A stretch of DNA of 64,000 bases from assembly GCA_031414775.1 (NCBI GenBank), contig JANOQI010000057.1:1-64000 (forward strand), written 5' to 3'. The DNA is from Synechococcales cyanobacterium VAR_4_metabat_354 (lineage in GTDB: Bacteria; Cyanobacteriota; Cyanobacteriia; Cyanobacteriales; Chamaesiphonaceae). This document shows, in pieces, positions 19,395 to 29,593 of the stretch (position 1 is the first letter of the stretch; every line of letters starts with the position of its first letter). The translations under genes and the position numbers were made by a program. Below the pieces are notes generated by a model. That model ran no database searches and was not told the origin of the DNA. It worked only from the letters and a program-made list of their open reading frames with translations.

Positions 19395-20564
19395 ATGCAA
19401 TTTGCCCAGCGCCTGCAACCGATTAAAACCAACGTCTTTGCTGATATGGATCGGGCAAAAGGTCAGGCGCGAGCGGCTGGGCAAGAAATTATTGATTTGT
19501 CTTTGGGTTCTTCCGACTTACCGACCGCTCCCCATGTAATCCAGGCGATCGCCAATTCTTTGCAAGATCCGCAGACCCATGGCTACCTACTATTTAATGA
19601 CACCAGTTCTTTTCGGGTGGCCGCTGCTGACTGGTATACCAAGAAATATGGAGTATCGATCGATCCCGATACTGAAGTATTGCCCTTGATTGGCTCCCAG
19701 GAGGGCACCGCCCACCTGCCATTGGCAATTCTAGAAACAGGGGACTATGCTTTACTGGTGGACCCTGGTTATCCATCCCACATGGGCGGAGTTTATCTGG
19801 CTGGTGGCCAAATTCATCCGATGCCTTTGCGGCCAGAACAGAATTTTTTACCGGTGTTTAGCGAGATTCCAGCGACGGTTTTAGACCGGGCACGTTTGAT
19901 GGTCTTGAGTTATCCGCACAACCCGACGGCAGCGATTGCCACCTTAGAATTTTTTAAAACGGCTGTAGCCTTTTGCCAGCAGCACAATTTGGTGTTGGTG
20001 CATGATTTTCCCTATGGAGACATGGCTTTTGGTCGGCAACAAATGCCCTCAATTTTGCAAGCCGACCCAGCTAAAACTTGTTCGATCGAATTCTTCACCA
20101 TGTCGAAATCTTACAATATGGGCGGTTTTCGGGTGGGGTATGCGATCGGCAATGCCGAATTAATTAGTGCGCTACGCCAAATTAAAGCAGTGGTAGATTT
20201 TAATCAATATCGCGGCATTTTAAATGGGGCAATCGCCGCCCTGAGTGGTGATCAAGCTGCCGTCACGGCCACCGTCCAGACTTTTCAGCAACGACGCGAT
20301 GTATTTGTACAAGCTTTAGCGAACATTGGTTGGGCTGTCCCCACCCCCGCTGCCACTATGTATATCTGGGCAAAACTACCGCCCCAGTGGTCGGGGCGTT
20401 CGCTCGATTTTTGTACTAAGCTGGTGGCTACTACGGGGGTGGTGGCTTCGCCGGGGATTGGGTTTGGGGCTGCGGGGGAGGGTTATGTGCGGTTTGCCTT
20501 GGTACATCCGCCAGCTGTTCTTCAGGCGGCAGTCGATCGAATGGCTAAATTTTTGGTTACTTAG
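19395..20564 (+). CDS. Class I/II PLP aminotransferase (LL-diaminopimelate aminotransferase-like)
   Basis: YPHNPT and SKSYNMGGFRVG motifs. Confidence 0.88.
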   Translation: MQFAQRLQPIKTNVFADMDRAKGQARAAGQEIIDLSLGSSDLPTAPHVIQAIANSLQDPQTHGYLLFNDTSSFRVAAADWYTKKYGVSIDPDTEVLPLIGSQEGTAHLPLAILETGDYALLVDPGYPSHMGGVYLAGGQIHPMPLRPEQNFLPVFSEIPATVLDRARLMVLSYPHNPTAAIATLEFFKTAVAFCQQHNLVLVHDFPYGDMAFGRQQMPSILQADPAKTCSIEFFTMSKSYNMGGFRVGYAIGNAELISALRQIKAVVDFNQYRGILNGAIAALSGDQAAVTATVQTFQQRRDVFVQALANIGWAVPTPAATMYIWAKLPPQWSGRSLDFCTKLVATTGVVASPGIGFGAAGEGYVRFALVHPPAVLQAAVDRMAKFLVT

Positions 20565-21252
20565 TCAGGCCATGTTCCAGAGCATAACGGACTAGCTCAG
20601 TGCGGCTGTTCGTACCAGTTTTTCCAAACAGCCGACTAACATACTTTTCCACATTGCGGACACTGGTTTCCAGCTGTCTGGCAATTTCTTTATTCATCAG
20701 ACCCGCCGATACTAAATCTAAAACGCTTTGCTCGCGGGGAGTGAAGTCAATATTGATGGGGGGTGGGGTCGTCACAATCGCGCTGCCGCTGCTGTTCCCG
20801 CTCCCAAACATTCCTTTTAGCTCTGCCGCAATTTGTTTAGCGATGCCTTCCACTTCTGGATTGTTGTTACTAGTCGCAGTAGCGCGCCGCTGAAGTACAT
20901 TTTGGACAATCGCAATTAGTTCTTCGGGATCAAAAGGCTTAGAAAGATAGGCATCACAGCCAGCTTGATAACCAGTGATTCGATCGGACTTCATTCCTCG
21001 CGCCGTCAGAAACACCACTGGCAGTGCCACAAACTTGGGGTCTTCCCGTAATTGCTTTAAAAACTGGTAGCCATCGACCTGCGGCATCATCAGATCGGAG
21101 ATCACCAAGTCCGGCTGATTCTGTTGCAGCATATCCCAAGCATCTTTGGCATTACTAGCAACTTGCACCTGATAACCACTGTCTTCTAAGTAAGCCTGGA
21201 CAGACTCTCTCACGCCTGGCTCATCATCGACTAAAAGTAATTTTGCTGACAT
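20557..21252 (-). CDS. ycf29: NarL/LuxR-family response regulator (Ycf29/Rre1-like)
   Basis: Receiver domain plus LuxR HTH with RNVEKYVSRLFGKTGTNSRTELVRYALEHGL. Confidence 0.85.
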   Translation of the reverse strand: MSAKLLLVDDEPGVRESVQAYLEDSGYQVQVASNAKDAWDMLQQNQPDLVISDLMMPQVDGYQFLKQLREDPKFVALPVVFLTARGMKSDRITGYQAGCDAYLSKPFDPEELIAIVQNVLQRRATATSNNNPEVEGIAKQIAAELKGMFGSGNSSGSAIVTTPPPINIDFTPREQSVLDLVSAGLMNKEIARQLETSVRNVEKYVSRLFGKTGTNSRTELVRYALEHGLTK

Positions 21253-21386
21253 GGCTATTTCCTGGAATTATCTGGATGGGTCAAGCGGTAGAATCGTTAT
21301 TTTCCAGTCTAACACCCATCAGAAACGGCCTGATCAGGGTTGGTAGACTGTGAAAAAGTTAGTGGCTCCTCACGCACCAATACATT

Positions 21387-21740
21387 ATGGATAAAATTCC
21401 GCCTACTTTAACAGTGGCAATTTGGAGCCTCCGATCGGTACCAATAATTATGTCGCTGGGGCTACTGTTCAACATCTGGCAGGGCAATATTACTACGGCC
21501 GATTGGTCAGATCTACTGAGTGTACTGGGGGTGACTAGTACTGTCGTGATTTTTGGACTACTCATGGAAGCCCTAGTCAAAGAATTACAAAGGTTAAAAA
21601 AATGGGCGCTACGAGTAGCGATCGGACTCTCCCTATTCTATGTAGCAAGTATTATTTTCTTTTTGCCGGGGGCTTTGAGTTTATGGTGTCTGAACTATTA
21701 CGAAACTTTGGCGGCCTTCAAACAACGCGATCGATCCTAA
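21387..21740 (+). CDS. Small hypothetical membrane protein
   Basis: 117-aa ORF with 3-4 hydrophobic segments. Confidence 0.6.
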   Translation: MDKIPPTLTVAIWSLRSVPIIMSLGLLFNIWQGNITTADWSDLLSVLGVTSTVVIFGLLMEALVKELQRLKKWALRVAIGLSLFYVASIIFFLPGALSLWCLNYYETLAAFKQRDRS

Positions 21741-21834
21741 AACCAAAAGATAAAAATAAAAATTGTAAAATTGTGGACGATGGTACCAATCTCGTCAATT
21801 ACAGTAATTCCTAACCTTCTAACCAGCACCAACC

Positions 21835-22887
21835 ATGCAAATTGACTTCCATCATGGGGTGACTTATGTAGTCTCCAGGTTAGCGGGTTTCACCCATCCA
21901 GAGGCCGCGATCATTGCCTACAGCGCTCAGTATGTTGATGATGCCATCAATCAAGGGGTGGTGAGATTTAAAAATAGCAAAACCTTATTCCGGCGGATTA
22001 GTTCAGCACATCGGATGTTGGACTATCGCAACTTTGAAGCACTGGCTAAAAATCCGGTCTGGATTCCTTTTCATTTTTTGCCTAGTGGTGGTGAGCATCC
22101 CGATCAAGATTTAGTGGACAAACTAATCTGCCGCCCTAATAGCCCGGTGGCACAAGCAATGGTCAGGCATTGTATCCTGCAAAAAAACCATCTCCATGGT
22201 CTCCATCGGCTAGGTATTACCATGCACGTTTTTGCTGATACTTGGGCGCATCAAGGCTTTGCCGGGATCAATCACGAAATCAATAAAGTATCTGAGCTAG
22301 TGGATGCTGATGGTCAACCGGATCACCATTTGCGCGATCGATTAGCAGGCTATTTTGTCAGCAAAGCGCTACCCCTTGGTCACGGTGGCGCCTTGAGTCA
22401 TCCCGATCGACCTTATTTAATTTGGGGCTATACCAATGGGCGCAAAGAAACTGTCCGCCGCCACAATCCCAGCGATTTTTTTACTGCCGCTGACGAAATG
22501 TGTAAAACCATGCAACGCTATCGCTTAGGTGATCCCGATGCCCAGGTGCCGGGGTTGAGGGAACCAGACAGGTCACATATCGCTCATTTAATCAGTAATC
22601 TTACTAGTCCTAATAAACAAGAGCGCCACCAGCAGTGGTTGCAGCAGATTAGCCAAGGAAAATTCAGTTTTGGGGCTAGTCAGGTTAGCTATGTCGATAA
22701 AGGAATGGGATCTTGGAAACATACCGCCTTGGGCACCGACAGTACCGAAGATGCTACTGATGAAATTTTCACCTATCAAAACAGTTTTTTGGGTAGTGAT
22801 TGGAAACTTTTTCACGAGGCACTGCAAGTTCATCGACTTTTTATCTTGCAAGAGCTGCTCCCCCAATATGGAATTCGCCTGACCTAG
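21835..22887 (+). CDS. DUF6765-like hypothetical protein (putative metal-dependent hydrolase)
   Basis: MQIDFHH N-terminus; SAQYVDD, PFHFLP and HVFADTWAHQGF motifs. Confidence 0.65.
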   Translation: MQIDFHHGVTYVVSRLAGFTHPEAAIIAYSAQYVDDAINQGVVRFKNSKTLFRRISSAHRMLDYRNFEALAKNPVWIPFHFLPSGGEHPDQDLVDKLICRPNSPVAQAMVRHCILQKNHLHGLHRLGITMHVFADTWAHQGFAGINHEINKVSELVDADGQPDHHLRDRLAGYFVSKALPLGHGGALSHPDRPYLIWGYTNGRKETVRRHNPSDFFTAADEMCKTMQRYRLGDPDAQVPGLREPDRSHIAHLISNLTSPNKQERHQQWLQQISQGKFSFGASQVSYVDKGMGSWKHTALGTDSTEDATDEIFTYQNSFLGSDWKLFHEALQVHRLFILQELLPQYGIRLT

Positions 22888-23013
22888 GGACAAAAAACCG
22901 AAAAATCACCCTCTGCCAGCAAGCGAGTCTGTTGAAAGCTAGGATGAATGGTGTTGACCTGCTGATATTTTGTTGCAGAGCTGAGTAAATTATCTGCACC
23001 ACTGGTAAAAACA

Positions 23014-23787
23014 TTGACCCCAAAACCAGAGTCATCCCGATCGTGCTTAAGCAGCTTATGGTCCGCAGTTTTACTGTTTGGTCAAGTTTCGCTGCATCTA
23101 TGCCAAGGCAAAATTTATCGGCGACTGATTATCGAGCAAATTTTTAGAGCTGGTCCCATGTCCATTACGCCAGTGTTGCTGGTCAATGTTTTTGCTGGGA
23201 TGATTTTCACAATCCAAACTGCTCGGGAGCTGGCTAAATTTGGTGCCGCTGACGGGGTAGGAGGGCCTTTTGCTCTGGCTTTTTGTCGGGAACTCGCTCC
23301 CATTCTCACGGCTTGTATTCTGGCTGGACAAGTGGGTTCCGCTTTTACCGCCGAAATTGGAGCCATGCGGATTTCGGAGCAGATTGACGCGCTGTATGTG
23401 CTCCGCACTGATCCGATCGATTACCTAGTAATTCCGCGCGTGATTGGCTGTAGCCTCATGGTGCCAGTACTAACATTTTTTTCGTTAGTGATTGGGGTGT
23501 TAGGCGGCATGTTTGCCGCCGCCCAGCTTTACCATGTAGATCCCGAAAAATTTTTAGACTCTATTCAAAAAATTCTCAGCCTCACCGATTTAGTGGTGAT
23601 TTTAATCAAGGGGTTTGTTTTTGGAGTGATTGTAGCCGTCAATAGCTGTAGCTGGGGATTAAACGTGACGGGCGGAGTCCGGGGGGTCGGCAATGCTACC
23701 ACTTCCGCTGTGGTCACCACTTGGATTGCAATTTTTATTGTCGATCTAGTGATTTCTCTAGTTTTCTTTGAAAATCCTTTGCTGTAA
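23014..23787 (+). CDS. mlaE: MlaE/TGD1-family lipid ABC transporter permease
   Basis: RELAPILTA...GSAFTAEIGAMRISEQIDAL motif. Confidence 0.9.
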   Translation: MTPKPESSRSCLSSLWSAVLLFGQVSLHLCQGKIYRRLIIEQIFRAGPMSITPVLLVNVFAGMIFTIQTARELAKFGAADGVGGPFALAFCRELAPILTACILAGQVGSAFTAEIGAMRISEQIDALYVLRTDPIDYLVIPRVIGCSLMVPVLTFFSLVIGVLGGMFAAAQLYHVDPEKFLDSIQKILSLTDLVVILIKGFVFGVIVAVNSCSWGLNVTGGVRGVGNATTSAVVTTWIAIFIVDLVISLVFFENPLL

Positions 23788-23861
23788 TGTGCTGTGCATC
23801 ACGCTTGGCGAACATTGCCAAGCTGCTATAATGGCATCGTCGTTAAGTTGGTAAGACTTTT

Positions 23862-24356
23862 TTGGTTAACGTATCCAATATAGACACCCTAGCTCAGGAG
23901 CTAGCCAGCATCCAGCAGACTGGTTCCAAAAAGATTGCTTTACTAGGTTCCCGCCATGTACCCATCACTCATCAGCATTTAATTGAAATGATGAGCTATG
24001 CACTGGTGTTATCAGGAAATCGGATTATTACTTCGGGCGCAGCTGGTGCTAATGCAGCGGCGATCAAAGGAGCAATGCGCGCCGATCGCGACAGGTTAAC
24101 CGTGATCTTGCCTCAAAGCCTAGATCGGCAACCCTTAGAGTCGCAAGAACAATTGCAGCAAGTACTGCACTTAGTGGAAAGTCCTCAAAACGATGATTTA
24201 CCCCTCGGTGAAGCCAGCACCATCTGCAACCAAGAAATTATTTCGCGCTGCCAACAGCTCATTTGTTTTGCCTTTCATGACAGTCGCACGCTGCTCCAGA
24301 CTTGTCAGGAAGCTGAAGAACAGCGTAAGGTAGTTACGTTGTTCTACTTCGACTAA
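23862..24356 (+). CDS. Cyanobacterial DprA/SLOG-like Rossmann protein
   Basis: IALLGSRH, ITSGAAGANAA and FAFHDSRTL motifs. Confidence 0.75.
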   Translation: MVNVSNIDTLAQELASIQQTGSKKIALLGSRHVPITHQHLIEMMSYALVLSGNRIITSGAAGANAAAIKGAMRADRDRLTVILPQSLDRQPLESQEQLQQVLHLVESPQNDDLPLGEASTICNQEIISRCQQLICFAFHDSRTLLQTCQEAEEQRKVVTLFYFD

Positions 24357-24362
24357 GCTGGT

Positions 24363-24782
24363 ATGAATTTTTTGAATCTTCCCACCACGACTGTACTCTT
24401 GGGCGCGATCGGTTTGGCGGCTGCGCTGATTTATTTTCCTTATATTGTGGTGGCGATCGGTCGGTTTCAGGTAGGGTTTGATATGGGGGCACCTCGGGCT
24501 AGTTTTGACAAACTGCCAGACTATGCTAAGCGGGCTAACTGGGCACATCAAAACTCTTTTGAAACCTTTATCACCTTTGCCGCCGCTGCTTTGATGGCCT
24601 ATGCCACCAAGCAGGATTCAGCTTACGCCGCGAACTTGGCAATCGCCTTTGTGGTTTCCCGCTTTTTGTTCTCGATCTTTTATATTATTAATTTCCCCAT
24701 CGGGCGTTCCCTGATGTTTGGAGTTGGTTCATTTGCCACTGCCAGCCTCATGATTATGAGCATCCAGAGCGCTTTAACCTAG
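24363..24782 (+). CDS. MAPEG-family membrane protein
   Basis: [11 protein letters not shown] motif and about 4 TM helices. Confidence 0.88.
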   Translation: MNFLNLPTTTVLLGAIGLAAALIYFPYIVVAIGRFQVGFDMGAPRASFDKLPDYAKRANWAHQNSFETFITFAAAALMAYATKQDSAYAANLAIAFVVSRFLFSIFYIINFPIGRSLMFGVGSFATASLMIMSIQSALT

Positions 24783-24817
24783 CTTTGATTTGGCCAAAAA
24801 CACTTGAGGATAATATT

Positions 24818-25309
24818 ATGGCTTCTTCTTATTCATTTGATATCGTGAGCGATTTCGACAGGCAAGAACTGGTCAATGCGATCGATCAAGCCAGTCGTGA
24901 AATTAACAGTCGCTACGACCTGAAAGATACCAAAACCACCTTGGAATTGGGCGATGAAAATATCAAGGTCGAAACCGCCAGCGAAATGACTCTCACCGCC
25001 GTGCATGACATCATGCAAAGCAAGGCTGTGAAACGCAACCTGTCTTTGAAGATTTTTGATTATGGATCGATCGAATCGGCCAGCGGCAACCGCATCCGCC
25101 AAGAAATTACCCTTAAAAAAGGCATTAGCCAAGAACTGGGCAAACAAATTAGCAAGCTGATTCGGGAAGAAATCAAAAAAGTGCAACCCTCCATTCAAGG
25201 CGATGTGGTACGGGTAACAGCTAAGGACAAAGATGACTTACAGACCGTGATTCAGCGGCTAAAGCAAGAAGATTACCCGGTGTCATTGCAATTTACCAAT
25301 TATCGCTAG
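24818..25309 (+). CDS. yajQ: YajQ-family nucleotide-binding protein
   Basis: [19 protein letters not shown] and LQFTNYR motifs; GAGGA RBS. Confidence 0.93.
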   Translation: MASSYSFDIVSDFDRQELVNAIDQASREINSRYDLKDTKTTLELGDENIKVETASEMTLTAVHDIMQSKAVKRNLSLKIFDYGSIESASGNRIRQEITLKKGISQELGKQISKLIREEIKKVQPSIQGDVVRVTAKDKDDLQTVIQRLKQEDYPVSLQFTNYR

Positions 25310-25393
25310 TGGCGGTTTTTGCTACCGCTGGCACTGCACCAGCGCTGACTAATCAACGATAATTAAACATATCCTTAAAATAACGACTTCAAC

Positions 25394-25987
25394 ATGATAC
25401 CCACCGTCATTGAGCAATCAGGCAGAGGCGAAAGAGCCTTTGATATTTACTCGCGTTTGCTGCGCGAGCGGATCATTTTCCTTGGCCAACAGGTGGATTC
25501 GGATATTGCCAACTTAATTGTGGCGCAGCTTTTGTACCTGGAGTCGGAAGACCCCGAAAAAGACATTTTCCTCTACATCAACTCACCTGGTGGTTCAGTT
25601 TCCGCCGGCATGGGCATCTATGACACCATGAATCAGGTGCGTCCTGATATTTCGACTATTTGTGTTGGCTTCGCGGCCAGCATGGGGGCGTTTCTGCTCA
25701 GTGCGGGGACAAAAGGCAAGCGGATGAGTTTGCCGCACTCCCGCATTATGATTCACCAACCTTCCGGCGGTGCCCAAGGTCAGGCCACTGATATTACGAT
25801 TCAAGCTAAGGAAATTCTGTACATCAAGGATCGGCTGAATACGCTCTTGGCTGGTCACACCGGTCAACCGTTAGAGAAGATCCAAGACGATACCGAGCGA
25901 GATTTCTTTATGTCTGCGGCTGAAGCGACTGAGTATGGATTGATTGATAAAGTTCTAGACCGAAGACAGCTGACTGTTGTTCACTAA
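25394..25987 (+). CDS. clpP: ATP-dependent Clp protease proteolytic subunit
   Basis: [22 protein letters not shown] and MIHQP motifs. Confidence 0.96.
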   Translation: MIPTVIEQSGRGERAFDIYSRLLRERIIFLGQQVDSDIANLIVAQLLYLESEDPEKDIFLYINSPGGSVSAGMGIYDTMNQVRPDISTICVGFAASMGAFLLSAGTKGKRMSLPHSRIMIHQPSGGAQGQATDITIQAKEILYIKDRLNTLLAGHTGQPLEKIQDDTERDFFMSAAEATEYGLIDKVLDRRQLTVVH

Positions 25988-26005
25988 TCAATTTAATTAT
26001 TCCGT

Positions 26006-26725
26006 TTATCCATCGGTAGCTGGTTGGGCTTGCAAGTAACGTAGCAAGCCTAACAATTCTTCGTCACTAAGCAACGAGCTAGAGCGCTTATTGTAGAGTT
26101 CAATAATGCAATCTCGGCCTTTTTCCCGCGACCAACCCAGCCGCTTGAGTTCCATATTAATTAGTGGAATCATATCAGTAACGCTGAGAGGCGGCTCCAC
26201 TGGTAAATTAGCCGAGATATCGTAAGTAGTAGCTTCAGCATTCTCTTGGACAATCGCTGTGGCACCAGCGGTGATTGCCGCTTTTTCCTTTCTATTCTTA
26301 GCTGATTGGGGTGCTAGCTCGATATTATCACTTGCGCCAAAATCGGTAGCTGCGCTTGCACCAGAGGCGATAATTTCACTTGTGCCTGCGGCGATCGATC
26401 CAATTTCATCAAAAATAATTGGCGATGCTGTCTTGGCGATGTCATTCAGTCTGGCATCAAGAATAGGCGGAACTAACTCCAATTTTGGTTGCCGATCCAG
26501 GGGTAACTCGGTCAGTGCTGACTCACCAAGATACAATGTTTGGAGCGCTTGGGCAGTGGCCTGGGCTTCAGCCACTTGGATTTGCTCATCGGCAGCCAAA
26601 GTCGTCGCCAAAACAACCCCATCAACCTTAATAGAAACACTAACGATATATCGATCGTTATGAATTTGGATTAGACTACTGGTGATACTGCCTTGCGGAT
26701 ATTTTTGCCGAAATCGATCGAACAT
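26006..26725 (-). CDS. Hypothetical protein (N-terminal domain reminiscent of a Rad52/Sak-type annealing fold)
   Basis: 239-aa ORF; FRQKYPQGSI...ATTLAA...AEAQA N-domain, low-complexity linker, small helical C-domain. Confidence 0.65.
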   Translation of the reverse strand: MFDRFRQKYPQGSITSSLIQIHNDRYIVSVSIKVDGVVLATTLAADEQIQVAEAQATAQALQTLYLGESALTELPLDRQPKLELVPPILDARLNDIAKTASPIIFDEIGSIAAGTSEIIASGASAATDFGASDNIELAPQSAKNRKEKAAITAGATAIVQENAEATTYDISANLPVEPPLSVTDMIPLINMELKRLGWSREKGRDCIIELYNKRSSSLLSDEELLGLLRYLQAQPATDG

Positions 26726-26773
26726 ATCTAATGGCTGGTGAAGCAGGGATTAACCATTGTACCGCGCTATTTT

Positions 26774-27490
26774 ATGGAAAATTCAGCCTCGAACATGAAC
26801 TCAATCGCCCTTGGCGCCAGCGAAGCCATCGACAACTGCCAAATCAACCCCGAACGCCTCAAGTCACTGACCGAATGCTTAGAGACCTATGGCATTAGGC
26901 GGGATCATCCTGATGAAAAAAACTGGCCGCATAATGTGCTTTCTACGCAGACGGTGGTTTACGACTGTGGTGCTTACGGCCAGTCAGGTGATGTGATTCC
27001 TCATCATCATGACCCAGTTGAATTCAAGCTCTGTCAAGACTTAGCCGCCAAAGCAGCTGAGATCATGCAAGGTATTTGCATTGGCATGGGCGATGAAAAC
27101 GACCATGAGCTGGCTGCTTTCTACGTAGTGGCTAATCAGGATCGCCCCGTTCCAACAAGTATTACCGAGCAAGAGATTCGATCGGCTTTTGGGGGCACTA
27201 TTTATCCCCAGGCTAGAATCGACATCTGTCCATTACAAACTGGCGCTGGCCAATGGTGGGAATATCTCAGCGATCCAGAATATACTGAGCCAGAGGTTAT
27301 GACAGCTTGGCAACAACTCATTGATTGGTATCGCGAACAGGCCGACTTCACCCAGGCTGTTTTTGTGGAAATTAATCTATGCACTGAGGATGGCCACGAA
27401 AATAATGGCTGTGTGTTTCCGCGCTTAGTCTTGGGATTAACCAAAGCTGGCAGCCTGGTAGGTTTGAGTAGTTGCGTGGTGCATACCTAG
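26774..27490 (+). CDS. Hypothetical protein
   Basis: Long ORF ending GCVFPRLVLGLTKAGSLVGLSSCVVHT; no family recognised. Confidence 0.65.
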   Translation: MENSASNMNSIALGASEAIDNCQINPERLKSLTECLETYGIRRDHPDEKNWPHNVLSTQTVVYDCGAYGQSGDVIPHHHDPVEFKLCQDLAAKAAEIMQGICIGMGDENDHELAAFYVVANQDRPVPTSITEQEIRSAFGGTIYPQARIDICPLQTGAGQWWEYLSDPEYTEPEVMTAWQQLIDWYREQADFTQAVFVEINLCTEDGHENNGCVFPRLVLGLTKAGSLVGLSSCVVHT

Positions 27491-27688
27491 TCTTATTAGA
27501 TATCATTGCTAGTGGATTAATTGTAGTCCTTGCGATATCGCTCAGGTAAAAATTTCTGTTGGAAGTAAAGGCTTCGGTAAAAGAGCTTCAAGCTATACTT
27601 AGAGATGAAAGGCTGGAGATAGTTTTGCTTTTCAGTTTTGATTCGAGCGACCAGCGATCGCAATATTCACAAGAAGGCTTGATTTAAG

Positions 27689-28759
27689 ATGGTTCAAAAA
27701 ATTGCCCTATTCAACCACAAGGGTGGGGTCAGCAAGACCACGACTACCTTCAATTTGGGCTGGATGCTTGCTTCAAAAGGAAAAAGAGTGATTCTTGTAG
27801 ATAGCGATCCGCAATGTAATCTTACAGGCATGGCTTTGGGAGAGGAAACGGAGAATGACGAGGCGAGAATTCAAGAAATCTATAGTACGACCTCAAATAT
27901 AAAGACAGGATTGGCTCCCGCGTTTGAGTCGCAACCAAGATCTATCGAAGCCGTCGATTGTATTCCAGTAAACGGTCGGGATGGTTTATTTCTATTGCCT
28001 GGACATGTTGGCTTTGCTGAGTATGAAGTACAACTAGGTATCGCGCAAGAGCTAAGTGGATCGCTTCAAGCCCTCAGAAACTTGCCAGGTGCTATCAATG
28101 ATTTACTTGAGAAAACAGCGGCTAAGTTTAATGCAGACTACATCTTGATTGATATGAGTCCTAGCTTGGGTTCCATTAATCAAAATATCCTCATGATCAG
28201 TGACTTTTTTTTAGTACCTACTACTGCTGATTTTTTCTCTGTGATGGCAATCGATTCTTTAGCCAGAGTTTTACCAAGATGGCGTGCTTGGGCTAAGTCA
28301 GCTAATTCACTTCAAATTCTAAAAGAAGCTAATTATCCTTTTCCTGATTCTAATCCACGTTTTTTAGGAATTATTATTCAGAATTACCGAATCAAAAGTG
28401 GTAAAGAGACAGCTGCTTTCCAAACTTGGATTAGGAAAATTGAGGAGGCGGTCATTTCTAAGCTAATTCCTAGTCTCTCCGACAGCAACATGATGCTATC
28501 GGAGAGAGCTTATGAAGAACAAGGAATGAACACTAGTTTGTGTTTGACAAAAATCCCTGACTTCAATAGTTTGATTGCCCTGTCCCAGCAAAATCAAACT
28601 CCAGTTTATGAATTGACAAATCGTCATTTGAAGCAGTCTGGTGTTGTTCTAGAAACTACCAAAAATAAGCAAGACGAGTTTAAGAAAACTTTTTCGGATT
28701 TGGCAGACAAAGTTATTGCACTAAGTGCTGAAAGCCCCGCTTATGCAATCAGCGCTTGA
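27689..28759 (+). CDS. ParA/Soj-family ATPase
   Basis: Deviant Walker A FNHKGGVSKTT; DSDPQCNLT and LIDMSPSLG motifs. Confidence 0.9.
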   Translation: MVQKIALFNHKGGVSKTTTTFNLGWMLASKGKRVILVDSDPQCNLTGMALGEETENDEARIQEIYSTTSNIKTGLAPAFESQPRSIEAVDCIPVNGRDGLFLLPGHVGFAEYEVQLGIAQELSGSLQALRNLPGAINDLLEKTAAKFNADYILIDMSPSLGSINQNILMISDFFLVPTTADFFSVMAIDSLARVLPRWRAWAKSANSLQILKEANYPFPDSNPRFLGIIIQNYRIKSGKETAAFQTWIRKIEEAVISKLIPSLSDSNMMLSERAYEEQGMNTSLCLTKIPDFNSLIALSQQNQTPVYELTNRHLKQSGVVLETTKNKQDEFKKTFSDLADKVIALSAESPAYAISA

Positions 28760-29507
28760 TCAATTTCGGATTAGCATTGATCGTGTCCGAGACTTAATTA
28801 CGCTTCATAATTCTGTCAAAGTTCAAACTACAGATGCACTTGATGTATCAGATATGTTGCGTGCGGCTCTAGTTCTCGCTGTTAGTGCATTAGATTATTA
28901 TGTGCATGAAGTTGTAACCTTGGGAATGTTAGAAATCCATCGAGGTCAACGAGTGGAGCCAATATCTTCAGCAAACACAACTCAGTCAGCATTCTCACGT
29001 TTTCAAGTATCATTGGGTGGCGCACGTCAAGATCGACTAACAGCAATCGATCTTACGTCTTGGCTTGAAGCTGAACTTCAGCAAACTTACGGGTATGATT
29101 TTCTCCAACAATCACACACTGTTTCAGCTTTGGTTCCTGCAATATCGAGCAGTATGCTGGATAGGCTTAATAATACTTCTTGGCTAGAGAGTGAAATTAG
29201 GGAGCGTTTAGGATATCAAAGCTTTCAGCAAGCAGACAAAATCGCTGAGGCAATCAGATACATATCAGACAAAAAATTGTGGGATGAGGTCGCTACCAAA
29301 ATGAATAACCCCACTAAAAATATTACCGCGCAAGGTATTAAGCAGCAACTAAACTCAATTGTCGATCGAAGAAATAAAATCGCTCATGAAGCTGACATAG
29401 ATCCGACTTTCAATATTGGAAGTCGATGGAATATTGATGAGCTGCTTGTTGGTGACGCAGTTGACTTTATTGAGAGACTTGTTGAAAATATTCATCAAGT
29501 GCTGTAG
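28743..29507 (+). CDS. HEPN-domain protein (RiboL-PSP/MAE_18760-like), putative RNase
   Basis: LRAALVLAVSALDYYVHE helix and Rx4H motif RRNKIAHE; start overlaps the ParA stop. Confidence 0.8.
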   Translation: MQSALDQFRISIDRVRDLITLHNSVKVQTTDALDVSDMLRAALVLAVSALDYYVHEVVTLGMLEIHRGQRVEPISSANTTQSAFSRFQVSLGGARQDRLTAIDLTSWLEAELQQTYGYDFLQQSHTVSALVPAISSSMLDRLNNTSWLESEIRERLGYQSFQQADKIAEAIRYISDKKLWDEVATKMNNPTKNITAQGIKQQLNSIVDRRNKIAHEADIDPTFNIGSRWNIDELLVGDAVDFIERLVENIHQVL

Positions 29508-29593
29508 GAATAGCAATGGTGTAAACCATCTAAAATCGTTGGGCTAAGATAATTGAAGCTAAAATTAGCAGTAATCATTTCTTTATCTCTGCC

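Noticed and set aside
27689..28759. Chromosome or plasmid partition locus
   Set aside because: No ParB or parS is recognisable; the ATPase is long and coupled to an HEPN gene instead.
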